From Burkholderiales bacterium (GTDB lineage Bacteria; Pseudomonadota; Gammaproteobacteria; Burkholderiales; SG8-39), in NCBI GenBank assembly GCA_035540415.1, contig DATLGR010000016.1, forward strand, positions 1 through 44,518: a DNA stretch of 44,518 nt, written 5' to 3'. Shown in pieces: positions 37,335 through 44,518 of this stretch. A program made the translations under genes and the position numbers. Below the pieces are notes generated by a model. The model ran no database searches. It saw only the letters and a list, made by a program, of their open reading frames with translations, and was not told the DNA's origin. The stretch's first letter is position 1. Every line of letters begins with the position of its first letter.

Positions 37335-38720
37335 ATGTCTGAGACGATGAACCGGCCGGAGCGCGCGCGCCTCGAGATCGAGGAGCTGAAGCAGAACCTT
37401 GCCCGGGTGCGCGAGCTGTTGCCCGAGGCCGAGCGCCGCGCCGAGTTGCGGCAGGCGCTCGACGGGCTGCACGTCGCCGATATCGCCTACATCCTCGAGG
37501 CGCTGCCCCCCGAGGAGCGCCTCGCGGTGTGGGAGCTCGTCAAGGCCGACCGCGACGGCGAGATCCTGGTTGAAGTCTCCGATGCGGTGCGCGAATCGCT
37601 CATCGAAAGCATGGATTCGGCGGAGCTCGTCGCGGCGGCGGAGACGCTGGAGGCTGACGAGCTCGCCGACATCGCGCCGGATCTGCCCCCGGCGGTCGTC
37701 GCCGCGGTGGTGCAGTCGCTGCCGGCGGAGGAGCGCGAGCGGCTGCGCGCGGCCCTGTCGTATCCGGAGGGCACCGTCGGCGCGCTGATGGACTTCGACC
37801 ACGTCGCGGTGCGCGAGGAAGTGACCTTGGAAGCGGTGACCCGCTACCTGCGGCGCATGGACAAGCTGCCCGATCACACGGATCAGCTGTTCGTGGTCGA
37901 CCGCGCGCAGCGCCTGAAAGGCAGCCTGCCGCTGACGCGCCTGATCGTCTCCGACCTCGACCTCGCCGTGGCGCGGGTGATGATTCCCGAGCAGGTGCAG
38001 CTGCACGCCGAGGACGCGGCCGAGGACGCGGCGAGCGCCTTCGAGCGCTACGACCTCATCTCCGCTCCGGTCACCGACTCGGCCGGGCGCCTGATCGGCC
38101 GGCTGACCGTCGACGCGGTGGTCGACTACATCCGCCAGCGCAGCGCCGAGTCGCAGCTGGCCGAGGCCGGCCTGCGAGAGGAAGAGGACGTGTTCGCGCC
38201 GGTGCTCGACAGCTTCCGCAACCGCTGGGCATGGCTTGCCATCAACCTGGTGACCGCGTTCATCGCCTCGCGGGTGATCGGGCTTTTCGAGGGCTCGATC
38301 GCGCAGCTCGTGGCGCTCGCCGCGCTGATGCCCATCGTCGCCGGCATCGGCGGCAACTCCGGCAACCAGACGATCACCATGATCGTGCGCGCCGTGGCGC
38401 TCGGCCAGATCCAGAGCCCGTACTGGCGCAAGCTGGTGGCGAAGGAGATGGGAGTGGCGCTGCTGAACGGCGTGGTCTGGGGATCGCTGCTCGGCGCAGT
38501 GACCTATCTCCTCTACGGCAACCTCGCGCTCGGCGGCGTGATGGCGCTCGCCATGCTCCTCAACCTCCTGCTCGCCGCCGGGATGGGCGTCGCCATTCCC
38601 TGGATCCGGGTCAAGCTCGGGCGCGATCCCGCGCTCGGCTCCTCGGTGCTCATCACCGCCTGCACCGACTCGGGCGGGTTCTTCATCTTTCTGGGGTTGG
38701 CGACGCTTTTTCTGGTGTGA
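37335..38720 (+). CDS. mgtE: Magnesium transporter MgtE
   Basis: 461 aa from ATG 37335 with an MgtE N-domain, a CBS pair and the TM domain (PIVAGIGGNSGNQT, DSGGFFIFLGLA). Confidence 0.93.
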   Translation: MSETMNRPERARLEIEELKQNLARVRELLPEAERRAELRQALDGLHVADIAYILEALPPEERLAVWELVKADRDGEILVEVSDAVRESLIESMDSAELVAAAETLEADELADIAPDLPPAVVAAVVQSLPAEERERLRAALSYPEGTVGALMDFDHVAVREEVTLEAVTRYLRRMDKLPDHTDQLFVVDRAQRLKGSLPLTRLIVSDLDLAVARVMIPEQVQLHAEDAAEDAASAFERYDLISAPVTDSAGRLIGRLTVDAVVDYIRQRSAESQLAEAGLREEEDVFAPVLDSFRNRWAWLAINLVTAFIASRVIGLFEGSIAQLVALAALMPIVAGIGGNSGNQTITMIVRAVALGQIQSPYWRKLVAKEMGVALLNGVVWGSLLGAVTYLLYGNLALGGVMALAMLLNLLLAAGMGVAIPWIRVKLGRDPALGSSVLITACTDSGGFFIFLGLATLFLV

Positions 38721-38726
38721 CCAGCA

Positions 38727-40004
38727 TCAGGCGAGGTCGGCGAAGGCGGCGCGGGCGGCGCGCAGCGTCTCGTCGATTTCCGCGCGACCGTGGGCTGCGG
38801 ACACGAATCCCGCTTCATAGGCGGAGGGCGCCAGGTATACGCCGCGCGCGAGCATGGCATGGAAGAAGCGGTTGAACCGCTCGCGGTCGCACTGCATCAC
38901 CTCGGCGAAGGTGGTCGGCGGCGCCGCGCGGAAATAGACGCCGAACAGGCTCCCGGCCGATTGCGCGCAGAAAACGACGCCGGCCATGCGCGCCTGCGCC
39001 TGCAGGCCTTCGGCCAGCGCCCGTGCGCTCGCCTCGATGCGCGGCTGGAAGTCGTCCGCGGCGACGAGCCGCAAGGTCGCGAGGCCGGCCGCCACCGCGA
39101 GCGGATTGCCCGACAGCGTGCCGGCCTGGTACACCGGGCCGAGCGGCGCGAGCTTGTCGAGGACCTCGCCCCGGCCCCCCACGGCACCGACGGGCAGGCC
39201 GCCGCCGATCACCTTGCCCAGCGTGGTGAGATCGGGCCTCACGCCGTAGCGCGCCTGAGCCCCGCCCCGCGCCACGCGAAAGCCGGTCATCACCTCGTCG
39301 AAAATGAGCAGCGCGCCATGCCGCGAGCACTGCTCGCGCAGCGTCTCGAGAAAGCCCGGCGCCGGCAGCACGAGGTTCATGTTGCCGGCGACCGGCTCCA
39401 CGATGACCGCGGCGATCTCGGCGCCGCGCGCGGCGAACAGCTCGCGCACCTTGGCCGAGTCGTTGTAATCGAGCACGGCGGTGTGCGCCGCGGTCTCGGC
39501 CGGCACGCCGGCGGAGCTCGGGTGGCCAAAGGTGAGGGCGCCCGAGCCGGCCTTCACGAGCACCGCGTCGGCATGGCCGTGGTAGCAGCCCTCGAATTTC
39601 ACGATGAGGCTGCGGCCGGTGAAGCCGCGCGCCAGGCGGATCGCCGTCATGGTGGCCTCGGTTCCGGAGGACACCAGGCGCAGCCTCTCGATTGACGGCA
39701 TGAGGCGGATGACGAGCTCGGCGAGCTCGACCTCCGCGGCGGTGGGCGCGCCGAAGGACAGCGCGCGCGAGGCGGCGTCCTGGACCGCTTCCACCACCGC
39801 GGGATGGGTATGACCGGCGACCATCGGTCCCCACGACCCCAGGTAGTCGATGTAGCGGCGGCCTTCGACGTCCCACAGGTGCGGCCCCGAGGCGCGCTCG
39901 AAGAACGGCGGCGTTCCGCCGACGGCGCGGAACGCGCGCACGGGCGAGTTCACGCCGCCGGGAATGACCCGCTGGGCGCGCTCGAACAGGTTTTGGTTCG
40001 TCAT
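38727..40004 (-). CDS. hemL: Glutamate-1-semialdehyde 2,1-aminomutase
   Basis: 425 aa from ATG 40004 ([25 protein letters not shown] ...). ATGA overlap with the thiE stop. Confidence 0.96.
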   Translation of the reverse strand: MTNQNLFERAQRVIPGGVNSPVRAFRAVGGTPPFFERASGPHLWDVEGRRYIDYLGSWGPMVAGHTHPAVVEAVQDAASRALSFGAPTAAEVELAELVIRLMPSIERLRLVSSGTEATMTAIRLARGFTGRSLIVKFEGCYHGHADAVLVKAGSGALTFGHPSSAGVPAETAAHTAVLDYNDSAKVRELFAARGAEIAAVIVEPVAGNMNLVLPAPGFLETLREQCSRHGALLIFDEVMTGFRVARGGAQARYGVRPDLTTLGKVIGGGLPVGAVGGRGEVLDKLAPLGPVYQAGTLSGNPLAVAAGLATLRLVAADDFQPRIEASARALAEGLQAQARMAGVVFCAQSAGSLFGVYFRAAPPTTFAEVMQCDRERFNRFFHAMLARGVYLAPSAYEAGFVSAAHGRAEIDETLRAARAAFADLA

Positions 40005-40603
40005 GTGAACAGCCTTCCATAGTCGAGGGCGCGCCGGCGGACGTCCGGGGCGTCGAAGAGGTCCGAGACCACGGCGAGGAGCTGCGCGCCGGCCGCAATG
40101 ACCAGGGGCGCGTTCTCGAGCGTGATGCCGCCGATCGCGCACCGCGGGACCGGCAGCGGCGTGCTGAAAAGCGACAACGGCGCGCGTACCGCTTGCGGCT
40201 TGGTGGGGGAGGGGAACACCGAGCCGAAGGCGATGTAATCGGCGCCCGCGGCCACGGCGCGGCGTGCGAGCGCGAGATCGTCGTAGCAGGACGCGCCCAG
40301 CAGCTTCGTGCCCAGGCGCGCGCGCGCCGCGGCCAGCTCACCGTCGCCGCGGCCCAGGTGCGCGCCGTCGGCGTCCACCGCGAGCGCGAGCTCCACATCG
40401 TCGTTCACGATCAGCGGCACGCCGCGGGCGCGGCACAGGCGCCCGAGGGCGGCCGCCTCGCGGCGGCGCTGCGCGGCCGTGCCCGACTTCGCGCGGTACT
40501 GCACGGCGGCGACGCCGCCTTCGAGCGCGGCGCGCACGCGCGCCTCGATCACGGCGAACTCGGGTCCCTCGGGGGTGATCGCGTAAAGGCCGCGCAGCGT
40601 CAT
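40001..40603 (-). CDS. thiE: Thiamine-phosphate synthase
   Basis: 200 aa from ATG 40603 ([12 protein letters not shown] ... VQYRAK ... [10 protein letters not shown] ... IGGI). The rest of the 828-aa track ORF is a stop-free artefact. Confidence 0.9.
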   Translation of the reverse strand: MTLRGLYAITPEGPEFAVIEARVRAALEGGVAAVQYRAKSGTAAQRRREAAALGRLCRARGVPLIVNDDVELALAVDADGAHLGRGDGELAAARARLGTKLLGASCYDDLALARRAVAAGADYIAFGSVFPSPTKPQAVRAPLSLFSTPLPVPRCAIGGITLENAPLVIAAGAQLLAVVSDLFDAPDVRRRALDYGRLFT

Positions 40604-41385
40604 GCGCCGGGAGCGAGCCCGCGATGCGGCAGGTGCTGTCCGGCGCCCGGTCGGAAGCCGCGCGCGAGCGCCTGCCAGGTGAAGGCTTGCGCTTCGCGTG
40701 CCGCCTGCGGAACGTCGAGGCCGCGAGCGAGCCCGGCGGCCAGGGCAGAGGCGAGCGTGCAACCCGAGCCGTGATAGCTCGCGGGCAGGCGCGGCCAGCG
40801 GTCTTCCCGCACCGCGCCGTGCGCGCCATAGAGCGTGTTGGTCACTTCCGGCGCCTCCTCGTGCGTTCCGGTGACGAGCACGTACCCGGCGCCGCGCGCG
40901 AGGAGCGCCTTGGCGCAATCGGCGAGCGCGGCGCATCCACCGAGGCGGCGCGCCTCCACGCTGTTCGGCGTGGCGACGGTCGCAAGCGGCAGCAGGAACT
41001 CGCGCAAAGCGTGCACCGTGTCCTCGCCGGCGAGCGGGTCGCCCCGACCGGAGGCGAGCACCGGATCCAGCACCACCGGCACGCGCGGGTGCAGTGCAAG
41101 CAGCTCGGCGACGGCGCGCGCGTTCTCGCGCGAGCCGAGCACGCCGAGCTTGAACGCGGCGATGCGCAGGTCGGCGAGCAGGGCGTGCGCCTGGGCGCGT
41201 ACCAGGGCGGCGTCCACCGCGTGCAGCGATTCCACACCGCGCGTGTCCTGCACCGTGATCGCGGTCAGTACCGATACCGGATGGCAGCCGCAGCTCGCGA
41301 TGGTGAGCACGTCGGCCTGAAGCCCCGCGCCGCCGGTCGGGTCGCTGCCGGCGAACGTGAGCACGATCGGGGGAGAAGAGGACAT
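40600..41385 (-). CDS. thiD: Hydroxymethylpyrimidine/phosphomethylpyrimidine kinase
   Basis: 261 aa, VLTFAGSDPTGGAGLQADV ... GSGCTLASALAAGLA. ATGA overlap with the thiE start. Confidence 0.93.
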   Translation of the reverse strand: MSSSPPIVLTFAGSDPTGGAGLQADVLTIASCGCHPVSVLTAITVQDTRGVESLHAVDAALVRAQAHALLADLRIAAFKLGVLGSRENARAVAELLALHPRVPVVLDPVLASGRGDPLAGEDTVHALREFLLPLATVATPNSVEARRLGGCAALADCAKALLARGAGYVLVTGTHEEAPEVTNTLYGAHGAVREDRWPRLPASYHGSGCTLASALAAGLARGLDVPQAAREAQAFTWQALARGFRPGAGQHLPHRGLAPGA

Positions 41386-41434
41386 GCGCTAATATCCGGC
41401 CGATTCTACTGCCGCCCGCGGTGCGGGCTCCCGT

Positions 41435-41620
41435 ATGGCTGAAAACCAAGTAGCGTTCAAAACCTGGATGTGCCTCATTTGCGGCTGGGTTTACGACGAG
41501 GCCGCGGGACTGCCCGACGAAGGCATCGCGCCGGGCACGCGCTGGGAAGACGTGCCGATGAACTGGACCTGCCCGGAATGCGGCGCGCGCAAGGAGGATT
41601 TCGAGATGGTGGAAATCTGA
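41435..41620 (+). CDS. Rubredoxin
   Basis: 61 aa with two CxxC knuckles (CLICGWVYD and CPECGARKEDF). Confidence 0.95.
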   Translation: MAENQVAFKTWMCLICGWVYDEAAGLPDEGIAPGTRWEDVPMNWTCPECGARKEDFEMVEI

Positions 41621-41692
41621 GCCCGCGGCCGCCAAAACTTTAGCGCGGAGGCCGCCTCTAACCGCTTTCGCAGTAAACTGCCGGGTGGCCGC

Positions 41693-42265
41693 ATGTCCTC
41701 GCGAATCTCCTCCATCAACCTGACGCACCACTTCCTGATCGCCATGCCGAACATGGCCGATCCGTACTTCGCGAAGACGCTCACCTACGTCTGCGAGCAC
41801 AACGAACAGGGCGCGCTCGGGCTGGTCGTGAATCGACCTATCGACCTCACTCTGCAGGCGCTGTTCGAGCGCCTGCAGTTGACGCTGCGCGACAACGAGC
41901 GGGCCGACGCGCCGGTGTACTTCGGCGGCCCAGTGCAGACCGACCGCGGCTTCGTGCTGCACTCGCCCGCCGGCGCCTGGCAGTCGACACTGCGCGTGGC
42001 CGATCACATCGGGCTCACCACCTCCAAGGACATTCTGGAGGCCGTCGGGCGCGGCGAGGGGCCGCAGCAGCTGCTCGTGACGCTCGGCTATGCAGGCTGG
42101 TCCCCGGGGCAGCTCGAGCACGAGATCGGGCAGAACGCCTGGCTCACGGTCGAGGCGCGCGACGGCATCCTGTTCGACACCCCTGCCGAGGAGCGGCTGC
42201 CGGCGGCGATGGAGCTGCTCGGGCTGGACTTCGCCCGCCTGCAGGACGAAGCAGGACATGCCTGA
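41693..42265 (+). CDS. YqgE/AlgH-family protein (UPF0301)
   Basis: 190 aa, [38 protein letters not shown]. Confidence 0.9.
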   Translation: MSSRISSINLTHHFLIAMPNMADPYFAKTLTYVCEHNEQGALGLVVNRPIDLTLQALFERLQLTLRDNERADAPVYFGGPVQTDRGFVLHSPAGAWQSTLRVADHIGLTTSKDILEAVGRGEGPQQLLVTLGYAGWSPGQLEHEIGQNAWLTVEARDGILFDTPAEERLPAAMELLGLDFARLQDEAGHA

Positions 42266-42671
42266 GCGCCTCGCGCGCTCCGCTGCGCGTCCCGTCCGCA
42301 CCGTCCTCGCCTTCGATTTCGGCCTCAAGCGCATCGGCGTTGCCGTCGGCGAGCCCGAGCTTCGCACCGCGCATCCGCTGCCGGCGATTGCGCGCTTCGA
42401 CGACATCGCGCCGCTCGTCAGCGAGTGGGGCCCCGCCGCGCTGGTGGTGGGCCGGCCCACCTCGGCGCAAGGCGAGCCGCACGCCATGACCCGCCGTGCG
42501 GAGGAGTTCGCGCGCCGCCTGGAGCGGCGCTTCGGCCTGCCGGTGGCGCGCGTCGACGAGCGCTACAGCTCGCTCGAGGCCGAAGCGCGCCTGCGCGGGC
42601 TCAAGCGCAAGCAGGTGGACTCGGTGGCCGCCCAGCTCCTGCTCGAGCAGTACTTCGATGAAGCTGCCTGA
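42258..42671 (+). CDS. ruvX: Holliday-junction-resolvase-like nuclease RuvX (YqgF)
   Basis: 137 aa from ATG 42258, [17 protein letters not shown] ... [10 protein letters not shown]. 8-nt overlap with the upstream gene. Confidence 0.9.
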   Translation: MPERLARSAARPVRTVLAFDFGLKRIGVAVGEPELRTAHPLPAIARFDDIAPLVSEWGPAALVVGRPTSAQGEPHAMTRRAEEFARRLERRFGLPVARVDERYSSLEAEARLRGLKRKQVDSVAAQLLLEQYFDEAA

Positions 42672-43161
42672 CGCCGAGGCGCTCTGCGCCGGGCTCGCGC
42701 GCGAGCTCGAGCCGCGCGTCGGACCCAACACCGCGATGGTGGGCTTGCACACCGGCGGCGCCTGGCTCGCAGAGCGGCTGCACGCGGCGCTCGGGCTCGA
42801 TGCGGGGCTCGGCCTCATGGACATCGCCTTCTACCGCGACGACTATGACGCCCAGGGCCTGAAGCACGATCCCAAGCGAACCCGCATCCCGTTCGACGTC
42901 ACCGGCAAGGACCTGCTGCTGGTGGACGACGTCCTCTACACCGGGCGCACGGTACGCGCCGCCATGAACGAGCTGTTCGACTACGGCCGCCCGCAGAGCA
43001 TCACGCTGGTGGTGCTCGCCGACCGCGGCGGCCGCCAGCTGCCCATCTGCGCGCAGCACTGTGGCGCGCGCCTGGAGGTGCCGCCCGGGCTGCGGCTGCG
43101 GCTGCGCCGCGCGGCCGACGGCCGCCTGGACCTCGCGCTCGAGCCCGCCCGTGGCCCGTAA
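42658..43161 (+). CDS. pyrR: PyrR (pyr regulator / uracil phosphoribosyltransferase)
   Basis: 167 aa from ATG 42658 with PRPP-binding motif [17 protein letters not shown]. Confidence 0.9.
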   Translation: MKLPDAEALCAGLARELEPRVGPNTAMVGLHTGGAWLAERLHAALGLDAGLGLMDIAFYRDDYDAQGLKHDPKRTRIPFDVTGKDLLLVDDVLYTGRTVRAAMNELFDYGRPQSITLVVLADRGGRQLPICAQHCGARLEVPPGLRLRLRRAADGRLDLALEPARGP

Positions 43162-44101
43162 CCCGCAGCTCAACGCCCGCGGCGAGCTGCAGCACCTGCT
43201 CTCGATCGAGGGCCTGCCGCGCGAGATCGTGCTGCGCATCCTCGACACGGCCGAGTCCTTCGCCGGCGTCACCGAGCGCGAGGTGAAGAAAGTGCCGCTG
43301 CTGCGCGGCAAGAGCGTGTTCAACCTCTTCTTCGAGCCCTCGACGCGCACGCGCACCACCTTCGAAATCGCCGCGAAGCGGCTCTCGGCCGACGTCATCA
43401 ATCTCAACATCGCGGTGTCCTCGGCGAGCAAGGGCGAGTCGCTGCTCGACACCGTGGCCAACCTCTCGGCGATGCAGGCCGACATCTTCGTCGTGCGCCA
43501 CGCCTCCTCGGGCGCGCCGTACCTGATCGCGCGCCAGGTCAAGCCGCACGAGCACGTGGTGAACGCGGGCGACGGGCGCCACGCGCATCCGACGCAGGGG
43601 CTGCTCGACCTCTACACCATCCGTCACTACAAGCGCGACTTTACCGCGCTCACCGTGGCCGTGGTCGGCGACATCCTGCACTCGCGCGTGGCGCGCTCGC
43701 TGATCCACGGCCTCACCACGCTCGGCGTGCCCGAGGTGCGGGCGATCGGCCCGCGCACCCTGCTGCCGGCGGGGGTCGAGGCGCTCGGGGTGCGCGTGTT
43801 TCACGACATGCGCGAGGGGCTGCGCGACTGCGACGTCGTGGTGATGCTGCGGCTCCAGAACGAGCGCATGCGCGGCGCGCTCCTGCCTTCGGCGCAGGAG
43901 TTCTTCAAGCACTACGGCTTGACCGCGGAGAAGCTGGCGCTTGCGCGCCCCGACGCCATCGTCATGCATCCGGGGCCGATGAACCGCGGCGTGGAAATCG
44001 ACTCGGCGGTCGCCGACGGCGCGCACTCCGTGATCCTGCCGCAGGTCACCTTCGGCATCGCGGTGCGCATGGCAGTGATGAGCCTGGTGGCGGGCGGCTG
44101 A
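43151..44101 (+). CDS. pyrB: Aspartate carbamoyltransferase catalytic subunit
   Basis: 316 aa from GTG 43151 ([21 protein letters not shown] ... STRTR ... HPTQ ... HPGPMNRG). Confidence 0.95.
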   Translation: MARNPQLNARGELQHLLSIEGLPREIVLRILDTAESFAGVTEREVKKVPLLRGKSVFNLFFEPSTRTRTTFEIAAKRLSADVINLNIAVSSASKGESLLDTVANLSAMQADIFVVRHASSGAPYLIARQVKPHEHVVNAGDGRHAHPTQGLLDLYTIRHYKRDFTALTVAVVGDILHSRVARSLIHGLTTLGVPEVRAIGPRTLLPAGVEALGVRVFHDMREGLRDCDVVVMLRLQNERMRGALLPSAQEFFKHYGLTAEKLALARPDAIVMHPGPMNRGVEIDSAVADGAHSVILPQVTFGIAVRMAVMSLVAGG

Positions 44102-44518
44102 TGCGGCTGCACATCCGCAATGCGCGCGTGGTGGATCCGGCGAGCGGGCGCGACGCGCCCGGCGAGCTCTTCGTCGAGGATGGCCGCCTGGTGGAAAGCC
44201 TGCGCTCGGCCGAGCGTGTCATCGACGCCCGGGGCCTCGTGGTGGCGCCGGGCTTCATCGACCTCTCGGCGCGCTTGCGCGAGCCGGGCGCCGAGCACAA
44301 GGCGACGCTGCACTCGGAGCTCGAGGCGGCGGCGGCGGGCGGCGTCACCAGCCTCGCCTGTCCGCCCGACACCGACCCGCCGCTCGACGAGCCCGGGCTG
44401 GTCGACATGCTGCGCCGGCGCGCCAAGGCGCTCGGGCGCGCGCGCGTCTACCCCGTGGGAGCGCTGACGGTGAAGCTGAAGGGCGAGGCGCTCGCCGAAA
44501 TGGGCCAGCTTGCGGAGG
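44101..44518 (+). CDS. Dihydroorotase-like protein, probably the non-catalytic PyrC' type (3' end outside window)
   Basis: ATG 44101 (TGATG junction with pyrB). My own translation: [16 protein letters not shown] ... APGFIDLSARLREPG ..., where the HxH metal motif of active type-I dihydroorotases is replaced by SAR. Absent from the ORF track because the frame runs off the window. Confidence 0.8.
   Translation, partial: MRLHIRNARVVDPASGRDAPGELFVEDGRLVESLRSAERVIDARGLVVAPGFIDLSARLREPGAEHKATLHSELEAAAAGGVTSLACPPDTDPPLDEPGLVDMLRRRAKALGRARVYPVGALTVKLKGEALAEMGQLAE

Noticed and set aside
41621-41692. Terminator or sRNA between the rubredoxin and yqgE genes.
   Set aside because: It contains GC-rich near-palindromes (GCGGCCGC) but no clean stem followed by a U-tract. 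Nothing is supportable by eye.
40604-42487. Continuation of the 828-aa minus-strand ORF upstream of thiE.
   Set aside because: Only the last 200 codons (40001-40603) look like ThiE. The rest is out of frame with thiD and antisense to the rubredoxin, yqgE and ruvX genes, with junk-like composition.

Overview
Very GC-rich, gene-dense chromosomal window with about 50 protein genes. I saw no rRNA, tRNA, CRISPR array, transposase or integrase. Gene order looks Betaproteobacteria-like (inference): rsmB, a DUF4390 gene, ntrY, ntrX, trkA, trkH; metH; glnK-amtB; prmA-accC-accB; mpl; thiD-thiE-hemL; ruvX-pyrR-pyrB-pyrC'.

Most of the window is housekeeping. The one accessory-looking stretch is about 11.6-20.5 kb, between metH and the porin-glnK-amtB operon. 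It holds a tightly coupled nine-gene minus-strand aromatic-catabolic operon with a divergent MarR regulator and a convergent 4HBT-type thioesterase.

The promoter-distal half of that operon is recognisable: fumarylpyruvate-hydrolase-like FAH, GST-zeta isomerase, pcaH, pcaG, pcaB. The promoter-proximal half is not a described pathway as far as I know. It consists of a long SDR, a short PaaA/BoxB-like di-iron protein, an unknown 156-aa protein and a benzoate-CoA-ligase-family enzyme. I rank this as the best candidate for an undescribed system, namely an aryl-CoA ring-oxygenation module.

Secondary observations:
- pcaB lies in frame behind the pcaG TGA and has no canonical start codon at its homology-predicted N-terminus.
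- A 35-aa ribosomal protein bTHX gene sits 7 nt after metH.
- A DUF423 gene has its first TM helix upstream of any canonical start.
- The metH leader can form mutually exclusive helices.
- The NtrX-like regulator has a gutted AAA+ core.
- A good sigma-54 promoter precedes the porin-glnK-amtB operon.

All coordinates and motifs were derived by hand from the sequence and ORF track. No database search was run, so family names are recognition from memory.
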